DNA of 64,000 nt from Candidatus Omnitrophota bacterium (GCA_020058085.1 JAGVER010000003.1:3708-67707), one strand, 5' to 3'. Shown: positions 1-9,625, counted from the stretch's first letter. Numbers and translations are program-made. Notes: a model not told the origin generated them from the sequence alone.

Positions 1-251
1 GCGAAGTTAATTTGGTAAAATTAGTCAATGATTTTGAAAATAAGGCATCTTCTTTAAAGCTTAATCCAATTAAGGTAGCGCTCATGGGTTGTGTAGTGAA
101 CGGTCCAGGAGAGGCTAAAGAAGCGGAGATAGGTGTAGCTTTTGGAAAAGAATACGGGCTCTTGTTTAAGCATGGCAAGGCGATAAAAAAGGTACATTTT
201 TCTGAATGCGTCGATTCTTTATTAAAGGAAATGGAGAACAAGCATGGTTGA
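1..251 (+). CDS. ispG: IspG/GcpE (4-hydroxy-3-methylbut-2-enyl diphosphate synthase), C-terminal fragment; 5' end outside window
   Basis: Frame is open to the window edge. The translation ALMGCVVNGPGEAKEAEIGVAFGK matches the conserved MGCxVNGPGE C-terminal block of IspG. Confidence 0.75.
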   Translation, partial: EVNLVKLVNDFENKASSLKLNPIKVALMGCVVNGPGEAKEAEIGVAFGKEYGLLFKHGKAIKKVHFSECVDSLLKEMENKHG

Positions 252-1503
252 TATGTTAAAGGCTAATATTAGGGATAGAATTATCTCTAGTCATGGAAAA
301 TTATTTTCCCGGGAAGATGTTTCCGCGAAGGAACTAGAAGATGTGATTAACCGTATTCTCAATGAGATAGTTCAACAAGAACATATTAATTTGCTGGTGG
401 TAGAGAAGCAAAAAATTATTCAGGAACTTTTGAATGATTTCTTAGGTTTTGGGCCTATAGATAGCCTGATGAAAGATATCTTAGTTACTGAAATTATGAT
501 TAATGGCCCTAAGAAGATATTCATAGAGCGTAATGGTAAGGCGCAGCTATCGGAGATTACTTTTAAAGATGATAAGGAATTAATGTATTTAATTTATAAA
601 TTGCTTGCGCCTACACGCCGCAGGGTGGATGAATCTAATCCTTATGCTGATATATCTTTAAAGGATGGTTCGCGAGTAAACATTATCATACCTCCGCTTG
701 CCTTAGATGGCCCTATGGTAACGATAAGGAAGTTTTCAAATACCCTAAAGACTGTTAATGATTTGATTACAGCTGGTACTCTAGATAAACGTATGGCAGA
801 TTTTTTGGTCGCTTGTATTAAGGCTAAGGTGAATATTATATTTTCAGGTGCAACCGGAGTGGGCAAAACTACTACTCTCGGGGTCCTTTCTGCGCATATC
901 TCTAATGATGAGCGTATCGTTACAATAGAAGATACTGCGGAACTTCATTTAGATAAGCCTAATGTAGTAAGGCTTGAGGCAAGAACGCGGAATATTGAGG
1001 GTAGAGGTGAGGTTAGTATAAGAGAGCTTTTTAATAATTCGTTGCGTATGCGTCCGGAGAGAATTATTTTAGGTGAGATAAGAAGCTCTGAAGCTTTGGA
1101 TATGCTTCAGGCGATTTGTTCCGGCCATACCGGTTCTTTGGCAGTATTGCATGCTAATGCTCCTAGTGAGGTCATTTACCGTCTTGAGACGATGATTCTA
1201 GTTTCAGGTGTACTTATAAGCATTGAAGCGATACATAGGCAGATGGCAGCAGCTATAGATATCATAGTACATCAGGAGCAGTTGCTTGATGGATCACGTA
1301 AGGTGACTTATATTACTCAAGTTAATGGGATTAAAGATGGCCAGGTTAATTTAGAGGACATCTTCGTTTACGATTTAGAAGGGATTAATCCTGATGGTAA
1401 AGTCCGTGGCAAATGGAAGGCTACCGGAATAATTCCTAAGTTTTACAGGCGTTTTGAAAAAGTAGGAATAAATATCTCTCAAGAGATATTCAACAAGGAC
1501 TAG
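244..1503 (+). CDS. cpaF: CpaF/TadA-type secretion ATPase (VirB11/GspE superfamily), stand-alone
   Basis: 419 aa with Walker A GATGVGKTT, Asp box IVTIEDTAEL, His box GHTGSLAVLHAN, and the VTEIMINGP motif typical of Tad/Flp pilus ATPases. Confidence 0.85.
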   Translation: MVDMLKANIRDRIISSHGKLFSREDVSAKELEDVINRILNEIVQQEHINLLVVEKQKIIQELLNDFLGFGPIDSLMKDILVTEIMINGPKKIFIERNGKAQLSEITFKDDKELMYLIYKLLAPTRRRVDESNPYADISLKDGSRVNIIIPPLALDGPMVTIRKFSNTLKTVNDLITAGTLDKRMADFLVACIKAKVNIIFSGATGVGKTTTLGVLSAHISNDERIVTIEDTAELHLDKPNVVRLEARTRNIEGRGEVSIRELFNNSLRMRPERIILGEIRSSEALDMLQAICSGHTGSLAVLHANAPSEVIYRLETMILVSGVLISIEAIHRQMAAAIDIIVHQEQLLDGSRKVTYITQVNGIKDGQVNLEDIFVYDLEGINPDGKVRGKWKATGIIPKFYRRFEKVGINISQEIFNKD

Positions 1504-1506
1504 AGA

Positions 1507-2757
1507 ATGCTTTGGTCTAAAACATTTATACCAACTTTAAAAGAGGTTCCACAAGAGGCAGAATCAATAAGCCATCGTTTACTTTTACGTGCCGGTATGG
1601 TGCGTATGCTTATGGCCGGGGCTTATTCCTATTTGCCCTTAGGTCTGAAAGTATTATGGAAGATAGAGAATATAGTCCGTGAAGAGATGGATTCTTGTGG
1701 TGCAGCTGAAGTCTTGCTTCCGGCGTTACAGCCTTTAGAGTTCTGGCAGCGATCCGGGAGAGATAAAGATATAGGCGAAGTTATGTTTAAATTTATTGAC
1801 CGCCGCGGGCGCAAGGTTTGTTTAGGGCCCACGCACGAAGAGATTATTACTGAATTAGTTAAAAATCATATATCAAGTTATAAACAATTACCTTTAATTC
1901 TCTATCAGATCCAGACTAAATTCCGCGATGAGTTACGGCCGCGTTTTGGTTTAATCCGCGCCTGTGAATTTATTATGAAAGATGCTTACAGTTTTGATGC
2001 TGAAGATTCCGGGCTAGATAATAATTATCAGGCAATGTATGAAGCTTATCTGAGAATATTTAGAAGATGTGGTTTAGATATATTGACTCCCGAAGCTGAT
2101 TCCGGGGTGATGGGCGGTAAGGTATCACATGAGTTCATGGTTCCAGCTAAAGACGGAGAAGACCTGGTTTTAGTCTGCGAGAAATGTAAAAATGCTAAGG
2201 CTTATAATGATGAGTTAGAGAGTAGTTGTTTGAAGTGCCAAGGAAAGTTAGAGAAAGTTAGCGCTATTGAAGTCGGGCATATTTTTAAACTAGGGACTAA
2301 ATACAGCGTTTCTATGGGTGCTAATTTCTTAGATGCTAATGGGAAATTACAGCCTATAATTATGGGTTGTTATGGCATAGGTGTTTCGCGTTTAATCTCT
2401 GCGGTAATTGAAGAGAATCATGATAAAGATGGGATTATCTGGCCTAAGGAGCTTGCTCCGTACAATGTTATTATTATAGCTTTGGATACTACGGATAAGA
2501 ATATTATGGATCTGGCTTCAAAGGTATATAAAGATTTACAGGGATCTAAGATTGATCTTCTTTTTGATGATCGTGATGAACGGGCAGGGGTAAAGTTTAA
2601 AGACGCCGACCTATTAGGTATACCTTTGCAATTAATTATAGGTAAGGGCGCCCTTAAGGATGGTTCTTTAGAGCTTAAAAATCGTATTACTCAAGAAAAG
2701 ATTATCAAGCCAAGTGCAGAGATTCTTGAAGAAATAAAAAGGTGTGTTAATGGATAG
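1507..2757 (+). CDS. proS: Prolyl-tRNA synthetase, short bacterial-type form without INS editing domain
   Basis: N-terminus MLWSKTFIPTLKEVPQEAESISHRLLLRAGMVR and the block EVGHIFKLGTKYS are typical ProRS. It is only 416 aa. Confidence 0.9.
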   Translation: MLWSKTFIPTLKEVPQEAESISHRLLLRAGMVRMLMAGAYSYLPLGLKVLWKIENIVREEMDSCGAAEVLLPALQPLEFWQRSGRDKDIGEVMFKFIDRRGRKVCLGPTHEEIITELVKNHISSYKQLPLILYQIQTKFRDELRPRFGLIRACEFIMKDAYSFDAEDSGLDNNYQAMYEAYLRIFRRCGLDILTPEADSGVMGGKVSHEFMVPAKDGEDLVLVCEKCKNAKAYNDELESSCLKCQGKLEKVSAIEVGHIFKLGTKYSVSMGANFLDANGKLQPIIMGCYGIGVSRLISAVIEENHDKDGIIWPKELAPYNVIIIALDTTDKNIMDLASKVYKDLQGSKIDLLFDDRDERAGVKFKDADLLGIPLQLIIGKGALKDGSLELKNRITQEKIIKPSAEILEEIKRCVNG

Positions 2758-3262
2758 GCCAGAAGGACATGGTTTGCCTTCCTTTAGGCAAAGCCATGGC
2801 CAAAGCCATAAGGCGGTATTAACTAATGAGTTGAGACTCTTATTAAAGGATTATTTAGGGTCCTTAAATTTTGTATTTGTGGATATTATTTGCAGATATG
2901 AGGGCAGCGATCTCGTTGTGAGGGTCTTGGCGGATAGGCCTGAAGGCGGTATAAATTTAGATGAATGCGCCGGGCTTAATCGCGATATAGGTAGGTTGTT
3001 TGATGAAAAAGATATAATTCGAGAGAGGTATATCTTGGAAGTTTCATCTCCCGGTTTAGACCGGTCGCTTAAAACCAAAGATGATTTCTCGCGCCTCTTG
3101 AATAAAAAAGCTAAATTTTTCTTAAACGAGGCTATTAACGGTAAATTAGAGTGGGATGGGTTGATCAATAAAGTAGGTCAAGAGAGTGTTTTTATAATAA
3201 CCGAGAGTGGTATCCTCGAGGTGCCTTTTCTCAGGATTAACAGAGCAAAACTTATCATCTAA
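2744..3262 (+). CDS. rimP: Ribosome maturation factor RimP (start uncertain: GTG 2744 or ATG 2750; N-terminus runs through a palindromic repeat)
   Basis: VRVLADRPEGGINLDECAGLNRDIGRLFD...YILEVSSPGLDRSLK is the RimP signature. The gene sits in the conserved rimP-nusA-infB order. Confidence 0.85.
   Translation: MLMDRPEGHGLPSFRQSHGQSHKAVLTNELRLLLKDYLGSLNFVFVDIICRYEGSDLVVRVLADRPEGGINLDECAGLNRDIGRLFDEKDIIRERYILEVSSPGLDRSLKTKDDFSRLLNKKAKFFLNEAINGKLEWDGLINKVGQESVFIITESGILEVPFLRINRAKLII
2757..2812 (+). repeat. GC-rich palindromic repeat copy at the proS/rimP junction
   Basis: Hairpin CATGGTTTGCCT-TCCTTT-AGGCAAAGCCATG. The 28-mer at 2770-2797 is identical to 4882-4909 in infB. Confidence 0.85.
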
Positions 3263-3282
3263 TAAGATCGGAGAGTAAAAAA

Positions 3283-4515
3283 ATGAGCCAGGAATTATTA
3301 GCAATAATCGAACAAATTGAGAGGGAAAAAGGGATAAAGAAGGAAGTCTTAATTGAGGCAGTTGAGAGTGCCTTACTTAGCGCTGCCAAAAGAGTCATCG
3401 ATCTCAAACCTGATGAAGAACTTAAGGTAGAACTTGACCGAAATACCGGGAAGGTTCGCGCTTATAGAAACGGCGAAGAGATTACTTCTATAGATTTTGG
3501 TCGTATCGCTGCTTCAACTGCGCGACAGGTTATTATTCAGAAGATGCGCGAGGCAGAGAAGGATGTGGTTTTTAATGAGTTTCAAGGCCGGGTCGGAGAG
3601 ATCGTTAGCGGGACGGTATATAGATTTGAGAAGGGAAATGTAATTATAGACCTTTTGGGTAAAGCCGAAGGGATGCTTATTAAACGCGAACAATCCCCAA
3701 AAGAAGAATTTAAGCAAGGGCAGCGTATCCGTGCTTTTCTCTTGGATGTAAAAAAGGAGGCTAGGGGTGCTCAGATTATTTTGTCGCGTACGCATCCTAA
3801 TTTAGTAAAGAAACTTTTTGAACTTGAAGTACCCGAGATCTACGAGGGTATAGTAGAGATAAAAGCTATATCCCGTCAGCCGGGTGAACGTACAAAAATA
3901 TCAGTTTATTCCAAGAATGATAAAGTTGATTCTGTGGGTGCTTGTGTAGGGATGCGCGGGAATAGGGTGAGAAATATTGTTAATGAACTCTATGGGGAGA
4001 AGATTGATATTGTACGTTATAACGAAGATATCCGAGAGTATATTAAAAACGCGCTTTCCCCGGCTAAGGTCGCCGAGATAAAACTGGAAAAAGAAAAATT
4101 GAAAGCCGAGGTTATAGTTGATGATGATCAATTATCTCTTGCTATAGGTAAACATGGCCAGAATGTCCGGCTTGCTTCAAGGCTTATAGGTTGGGAACTC
4201 GATATTCGCACTAAGACTACTCAAGCCCAAGCATTAGTTAAGGAAAAAGAGGATAAGGATTCAGCTGAGGCTAAAGTCCAAGAAGAAGAGCTTGTTGAGA
4301 AATCCAAGAAGAAGGAGAGAAAAAAGAAGAAGTCCGAAGCCTCATTAGAAGAATTATCCGGTTTAGGGGAGAAGACTTTACTTAGTTTGAAAGAAGCCGG
4401 AATAAACTCGTTGCCAGATCTGATTAAGGCAGGAGAAGAAGGCCTGATTAAAATTAAAGGTATTGGTGAGAAGAAAGCGGCGAAGTTAATCGCTGATGCT
4501 AAGAAATTAAAATAA
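3283..4515 (+). CDS. nusA: Transcription termination/antitermination factor NusA
   Basis: N-terminus MSQELLAIIEQIEREKGI, followed by S1 and KH regions, a K/E-rich linker and a C-terminal HhH (GIGEKKAAKL). Confidence 0.95.
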   Translation: MSQELLAIIEQIEREKGIKKEVLIEAVESALLSAAKRVIDLKPDEELKVELDRNTGKVRAYRNGEEITSIDFGRIAASTARQVIIQKMREAEKDVVFNEFQGRVGEIVSGTVYRFEKGNVIIDLLGKAEGMLIKREQSPKEEFKQGQRIRAFLLDVKKEARGAQIILSRTHPNLVKKLFELEVPEIYEGIVEIKAISRQPGERTKISVYSKNDKVDSVGACVGMRGNRVRNIVNELYGEKIDIVRYNEDIREYIKNALSPAKVAEIKLEKEKLKAEVIVDDDQLSLAIGKHGQNVRLASRLIGWELDIRTKTTQAQALVKEKEDKDSAEAKVQEEELVEKSKKKERKKKKSEASLEELSGLGEKTLLSLKEAGINSLPDLIKAGEEGLIKIKGIGEKKAAKLIADAKKLK

Positions 4516-4546
4516 TTTTTACAAGAACAGGAAGAAGGTAAATATT

Positions 4547-6811
4547 ATGGTTAAGACCAAGAGTTCAAGGAAGGTAGTTAAAAAAGAACCTGCTCTTAAG
4601 GCTAAAAAGATAGTAAAGAAGGCTGTTAAGACAAGCCAACGGGCAGTGGTTTGGCATCCTCTGGCCAAAGCTACAACTAAGGTTGTCAAGCCGGTTAAGA
4701 AAGCTCTCTCTCTACCTAAATCTAAGAAAATCGTTACGCACAAAATACATACTGCGCCAGTTTCTAAGCCAACGCCTGCTATTAGGCTAGAAGGCCATGG
4801 TTTGGCCTCCTCTAGCCAAAGCCACAAGCCAGCGGGCAGTGGTTTGGCCTCCTCTAGCCAAAGCCACAAGCCAGCGGGCAGTGGTTTGCCTTCCTTTAGG
4901 CAAAGCCATAAATTAGAGCCTGTGGTTAAGCCGGAAATTAAAGTTGTTGAACCTAAGGTTGAAAATAGGCCGCATATTCAGGTTAAACCAGTGGTGAAAC
5001 CAGAGGTAAAGCCTGAAGTAAAAGCAGAGGTTGAAGTTGTTAAACCGAAAGTTGAACTTAAAGATTTAGAATTAGTACTTCCTATTACCCTTAAAGATTT
5101 GGCTATAAAGCTTCAGGAAAAGCCGTCAGTAATTATTAAGATGCTTATGGATATAAAAATAATGGCGGGGATAAATCAGACTTTAGATGAATCTATAGTA
5201 GAAAAAATTTGCGAAAAATATCATTGTAAGATTAAGAAGGCATTAGGAGAAGAAGAAATAGTTTTAAGCGCGCACGCGCTTGAGGATGAGGTAAAAGATT
5301 TAAAGCCGCGCTCATCCGTTGTTACATTCATGGGGCACGTTGACCATGGGAAAACTTCTCTTCTTGATGCCATAAGGAAAACTAAGGTTGCCGAATCCGA
5401 GCATGGCGGGATTACTCAGCATATCGGAGCTTATCGGGTAATTCTAAATCACGGAGAGATAACATTTTTGGATACTCCAGGACATGAAGCATTTACTGCT
5501 ATGCGTTCACGGGGCGCCAAGATTACTGATATAGTAGTCTTGGTTGTTGCCGCGGATGATGGTATTATGCCCCAGACTCAAGAGGCCATAGATCATGCCC
5601 GGGCAGCAGGCGTCTCTATAATCGTGGCTATAAACAAGATTGATAAAGCCGGCGCAGATGTTGATCAGGTGAAGAAGCAATTAGCTAAACTTGGCTTAAA
5701 TCCCGAGGATTGGGGTGGTAAGACCATAGTTGTCCCGGTATCAGCCAAGACAGGCGAAGGAATAGATAATCTTTTAGAGATGATTATATTAGAGTCGCAG
5801 ATGCTGGAATTAAAGGCTAATCCTAACCGGTTAGCGCGAGGAGTTGTTATTGAGGCCCAGATGTCTAAAGGGAGAGGTCCGGTAGCGACGTTTCTTGTGC
5901 AAAACGGTACTTTACATTTAAACGAAAATATCATTGTCGGTAATTTTTATGGCAAGATTCGGGCGATGTTTAATGATCATGGGCAGTCTGTAACTAGCGC
6001 TGCTCCTTCGGTCCCTGTTGAAGTTTTAGGTATTTCAGGCGTACCCGCGGCGGGAGAACAGTTTTTTGCCATTCTTCAGGAGAAAGAAGCTAAGGATTTA
6101 GCCTTTTTACGTATGGAAAAAGAAAGAGAGAATCAGGTGAAAACAGTAAAGCGTATAAGCCTGGAAGACTTGCATGCTCAGATTCAGGAAGGTAAGATAA
6201 AAGAATTAAAATTAATTATCAAGGCGGATGTTCAGGGTTCGCTTGAGGCAATCAGAGAGACCTTGAATAAGATGAATGTATCGGAGATAAAACTGGATTT
6301 TATACACTCTGGTGTAGGTAATATCAATAGCTCGGATATTATATTAGCGGTTGCTTCTAATGCTTTGATTTTAGGATTCAATGTTGATATTGACGATTTA
6401 GCTAAAGAACTTATGGCTAAAGAAGGGGTGGATGTAAAAAACTATAATATCATTTACGAATTAGCCAATGATATTAAAGCAGCAATTGAGGGTATGCTTG
6501 AGCCTAAGATTAAGAGAATTTTCTTAGGACGGGCTGAAGTTAGAAAGATGTTTAAGCTTTCCCGTTCGGGTATAGTCGCAGGATGCTTTGTTACTAAGGG
6601 TAAGTTTACCCGTAACTGTTTAGTTAATCTGGTCAGGAATGGAGCAGTAGTTTTTGAAGGTAAGCTTTCTTCGCTGAAGCGTTTCAAAGATGATGTGCGT
6701 GAAGTTGCTGAAGGTTTTGATTGCGGTATTAGCTTAGCCGGGTTCGACCAGTTGGCAGAGGGCGATATTATTGAAGCTTATACCGAAGAGAAGATAGCCA
6801 GAAGAATATGA
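4547..6811 (+). CDS. infB: Translation initiation factor IF-2
   Basis: G-domain motifs [20 protein letters not shown] and NKIDK. The repetitive, low-complexity N-terminal region carries the palindromic repeats. Confidence 0.95.
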   Translation: MVKTKSSRKVVKKEPALKAKKIVKKAVKTSQRAVVWHPLAKATTKVVKPVKKALSLPKSKKIVTHKIHTAPVSKPTPAIRLEGHGLASSSQSHKPAGSGLASSSQSHKPAGSGLPSFRQSHKLEPVVKPEIKVVEPKVENRPHIQVKPVVKPEVKPEVKAEVEVVKPKVELKDLELVLPITLKDLAIKLQEKPSVIIKMLMDIKIMAGINQTLDESIVEKICEKYHCKIKKALGEEEIVLSAHALEDEVKDLKPRSSVVTFMGHVDHGKTSLLDAIRKTKVAESEHGGITQHIGAYRVILNHGEITFLDTPGHEAFTAMRSRGAKITDIVVLVVAADDGIMPQTQEAIDHARAAGVSIIVAINKIDKAGADVDQVKKQLAKLGLNPEDWGGKTIVVPVSAKTGEGIDNLLEMIILESQMLELKANPNRLARGVVIEAQMSKGRGPVATFLVQNGTLHLNENIIVGNFYGKIRAMFNDHGQSVTSAAPSVPVEVLGISGVPAAGEQFFAILQEKEAKDLAFLRMEKERENQVKTVKRISLEDLHAQIQEGKIKELKLIIKADVQGSLEAIRETLNKMNVSEIKLDFIHSGVGNINSSDIILAVASNALILGFNVDIDDLAKELMAKEGVDVKNYNIIYELANDIKAAIEGMLEPKIKRIFLGRAEVRKMFKLSRSGIVAGCFVTKGKFTRNCLVNLVRNGAVVFEGKLSSLKRFKDDVREVAEGFDCGISLAGFDQLAEGDIIEAYTEEKIARRI
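4632..4675 (+). repeat. Diverged copy of the same palindromic repeat inside infB, read in a different frame
   Basis: CAAGCCAACGGGCAGTGGTTTGGCATCCTCTGGCCAAAGCTACA compared with the unit CAAGCCAGCGGGCAGTGGTTTGGCCTCCTCTAGCCAAAGCCACA. Confidence 0.8.
4786..4911 (+). repeat. Tandem array of the palindromic repeat inside infB: two perfect 42-bp units (4798-4839, 4840-4881) plus a variant third copy
   Basis: Direct reading shows the unit TGGTTTGGCCTCCTCTAGCCAAAGCCACAAGCCAGCGGGCAG twice. Each unit contains the hairpin TGGTTTGGC/GCCAAAGCCA and is translated as [14 protein letters not shown]. Confidence 0.9.
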
Positions 6812-7788
6812 GAAAAATAATCTTAAGTGGAATGCGGCCTACCGGTAAATTACACCTGGGTCATCTTGTAGGTGCATTAGATAATTGGATAAAGCTTCAG
6901 GAAGAATATCAGTGTTTTTTTATGGTTGCTGATTGGCATGCGTTAATGAGTGAGTACGAGAATACTTCTGAAATTTCCGAGAATATAACCGATAATGTTT
7001 TAGATTGGTTAAGTGTAGGGATTGATCCTGAAAAATCGGTAATATTTATTCAGTCGGAAGTACCCGAGCACCTTAAGTTATATATGATCTTCTCCTGCCT
7101 TACTCCTTTAGGTATCCTTGAGCGCTGTCCGACCTATAAAGAGCAGATGCGTGAAGTGAAGATGCGTAATCTTAATACTTATGGTTTTCTAGGATACCCG
7201 GTTTTACAGGCCGCAGATATTTTGCTCTATAAAGCGGATAAGGTTCCCGTGGGGAAAGATCAGTTACCGCATTTGGAGTTGACTCGCGAGATTGCCCGGC
7301 TTTTTAATAATTTATATAAGAAAGATATTTTTCCTTATCCGGACGCGATATTGACTCAGACTCCTAAATTATTGGGGCTAGATGGTAGAAAGATGAGTAA
7401 GAGTTACCTTAATACAATAAACCTCTCGGATACTCCAGAGCTTATAATAAAGAAGATCTCTACTATGTTTACGGATCCTAAGAGAATCAAGCTAAGCGAT
7501 AAAGGCCATCCGGATACTTGTAATGTTTTTTCTTATTATTCTACGTTTGTTCCTAGATTGAATAATGAAGTCAGCGATTGGTGCATGAAGGCTTCGGTAG
7601 GTTGCACCGAGTGTAAGAGGCTCCTTGCGGGGAATATTATCAGTAAGATTACGCCTATTCAGCAAAAAAGAGCAGAACTTGGTAAGGATAAAGATAAAGT
7701 AAGAAAAATACTTGATGCAGGCAGGGAGAAGGCAAGCTCAGTCGCTTCTCAGACGATAGAAGAAGCATTTAAGGCAATGAACCTATGA
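6808..7788 (+). CDS. trpS: Tryptophanyl-tRNA synthetase
   Basis: 326 aa class I aaRS with a HIGH-like GKLHLGH motif and KMSKS. Confidence 0.9.
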   Translation: MRKIILSGMRPTGKLHLGHLVGALDNWIKLQEEYQCFFMVADWHALMSEYENTSEISENITDNVLDWLSVGIDPEKSVIFIQSEVPEHLKLYMIFSCLTPLGILERCPTYKEQMREVKMRNLNTYGFLGYPVLQAADILLYKADKVPVGKDQLPHLELTREIARLFNNLYKKDIFPYPDAILTQTPKLLGLDGRKMSKSYLNTINLSDTPELIIKKISTMFTDPKRIKLSDKGHPDTCNVFSYYSTFVPRLNNEVSDWCMKASVGCTECKRLLAGNIISKITPIQQKRAELGKDKDKVRKILDAGREKASSVASQTIEEAFKAMNL

Positions 7789-8546
7789 ATTATAAGATAA
7801 AGCTTGAATTATTTGAGGGCCCCTTAGATTTGTTATTATATTTGGTTAAAAAAGACCACTTAAATATTTACGATATTCCAATATCTAAAGTAACGGAGCA
7901 ATATTTACAATATATTAATCTTATGCAGCTTTTAGATTTAAATATCGCCGGAGAATTCTTAGTTATGGCGGCAACGCTTATGCAGATTAAGTCTAAGATG
8001 CTCCTTCCTGCTGAAGAAGGTGTAGGAGTAGAGGAAGAGAAGGAAGATCCGCGTGAAGAATTAGTCAGGCGGCTTCTGGAGTATGAGAAATTTAAGGAGA
8101 TAGCTGAAAATTTACGCCAGAAAGAAACTGATCAGCGTGAGGTATTTAAACGGCCTAAGACCGAGATAGATAAAGGCGAAGTAAAAGACAGAGAGGTTTA
8201 TTTCGAAGCCAGCATATTTGATCTTATTAGCGCATTTTCCAAGGCCCTAAAAGATATACCTAAGGATATATTTTACGAGGTAGTTAAAGACCAATTTACA
8301 GTCGAGCAGGCGACCCATGAAATACTGCATTTGTTGCTGGTTAAATCTGAAGTTAAGCTTTTGGAGTTGTTTGCCAGAGCAAAAAATAAGATGGAGATTA
8401 TTGTTACTTTCTTAGCAGTATTAGAATTAATCCGCATGAAAGAGATTGTCGCTCGTCAAAACGAGCTATTTGAAGATATAGAGATCTTAAGGAATAAGGA
8501 GAATATAATTCCCTATGAGCGAAGAGACGAGAGAGGCGTTGCTTAA
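7785..8546 (+). CDS. scpA: Segregation and condensation protein A (kleisin)
   Basis: N-terminal ELFEGPLDLLLYLVKKDHLNIYDIPISKVTEQYLQYI is the ScpA signature. Confidence 0.85.
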   Translation: MNYKIKLELFEGPLDLLLYLVKKDHLNIYDIPISKVTEQYLQYINLMQLLDLNIAGEFLVMAATLMQIKSKMLLPAEEGVGVEEEKEDPREELVRRLLEYEKFKEIAENLRQKETDQREVFKRPKTEIDKGEVKDREVYFEASIFDLISAFSKALKDIPKDIFYEVVKDQFTVEQATHEILHLLLVKSEVKLLELFARAKNKMEIIVTFLAVLELIRMKEIVARQNELFEDIEILRNKENIIPYERRDERGVA

Positions 8547-9573
8547 AGGAAAAGTTAATATATCCGGCGTCAAGGAGTCCGAGGAAGATGTCGTATTAAA
8601 TATTTCTCTGCGTCCGAATAAATTCTCGGAGTTTGTCGGGCATAAAGATATTGTTGACAATCTAAAGATCTCCATTCAAGCAGCTAATCAGAGGAAAGAG
8701 CCGTTAGAACATGTTCTCTTAAGCGGCCCTCCGGGCTTGGGCAAGACTTCCTTATCACATATTATTGCTCATGAAGCAGGCTCTAAGATTACGGCAACAA
8801 GCGGCCCGGCCATCGAACGTGCCGGAGATTTAATTGGTATATTAACTAACCTTGAAAAGGGAGACGTGTTATTCATTGACGAGATACATAGACTATCAAA
8901 AGTGGTTGAAGAGTTTTTGTATCCGGCAATGGAAAGTTTTCAAATTGATTTTGTTATTGATAAAGGCCCATATGCTAAGACGATAAAATTTAATTTAAAG
9001 CCCTTTACCCTAATAGGCGCTACCACGCGTACAGGTTTATTAGCCGCGCCATTAAGGGCAAGATTCGGCATATTTTATAATTTGGATTTTTATAAAATTG
9101 AGGATTTGGCTAAAATTATTAAACATTCCGCTAAGATATTAGATATAGGAGTTGAAGATGACGCTGCAGATGAAATAGCTCGTAGGGCACGCGGTACTCC
9201 GCGTGTTGCCAATAGGTTGTTGCGTCGGATAAGAGATTATGCGCAGGTAGCTAAGATGAAAAGAGTAGATCTTAAGATGGCTGCAAAATCTTTAGATGAT
9301 TTAGGTATTGATAAGGCAGGGCTTGATGACTTGGATCGTAAAGTCTTAAGGTTAGTTCTGGAATCATATGGCGGAGGCCCAGTAGGCGTGGAATCTTTAG
9401 CTGCAAGTTTGAACGAAGAAGTAGATACTATCTCTGATACGGTTGAGCCGTATCTTCTTAATGCCGGGTATCTTAGGCGTACCGCACGTGGCCGCACTGC
9501 TACTAAACTCGCCTTTGATCATTTCGGATTCAAGTACGTAAAAGAACAACAGGAAGAGTTGTTTGACAAATGA
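8515..9573 (+). CDS. ruvB: Holliday junction branch migration helicase RuvB
   Basis: LRPNKFSEFVGH, Walker A GPPGLGKTSL, Walker B LFIDEIHRL, and a GTPRVANRLLRR arginine finger region. Confidence 0.95.
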   Translation: MSEETREALLKGKVNISGVKESEEDVVLNISLRPNKFSEFVGHKDIVDNLKISIQAANQRKEPLEHVLLSGPPGLGKTSLSHIIAHEAGSKITATSGPAIERAGDLIGILTNLEKGDVLFIDEIHRLSKVVEEFLYPAMESFQIDFVIDKGPYAKTIKFNLKPFTLIGATTRTGLLAAPLRARFGIFYNLDFYKIEDLAKIIKHSAKILDIGVEDDAADEIARRARGTPRVANRLLRRIRDYAQVAKMKRVDLKMAAKSLDDLGIDKAGLDDLDRKVLRLVLESYGGGPVGVESLAASLNEEVDTISDTVEPYLLNAGYLRRTARGRTATKLAFDHFGFKYVKEQQEELFDK

Positions 9574-9625
9574 AGCTCCACATGCTAAAACCTAAGGTTT
9601 CTTGGAGCCCCAAAAGCTGGATACT

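Noticed and set aside
4230-4340. The K/E-rich stretch in NusA (KEKEDKDSAEAKVQEEELVEKSKKKERKKKKSE) and the VKPE-type repeats in IF-2 (4920-5060) as possible inserted elements
   Set aside because: These are low-complexity charged linkers of the kind common between NusA KH and HhH domains and in IF-2 N-termini. They have no palindromic nucleotide structure and no copies elsewhere in the window.
4519-4869. 116-aa minus-strand ORF ([24 protein letters not shown]...) antisense to infB
   Set aside because: It is the mirror image of the palindromic tandem repeats inside infB, which are open in several frames. infB is unambiguous on the + strand, and the antisense ORF has no RBS or family resemblance.
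4786-4911. Possible CRISPR array, given the short GC-rich palindromic tandem repeats
   Set aside because: The units are directly abutting 42-bp repeats with no unique spacers. They lie inside a conserved gene and are translated. No cas genes are present in the window.
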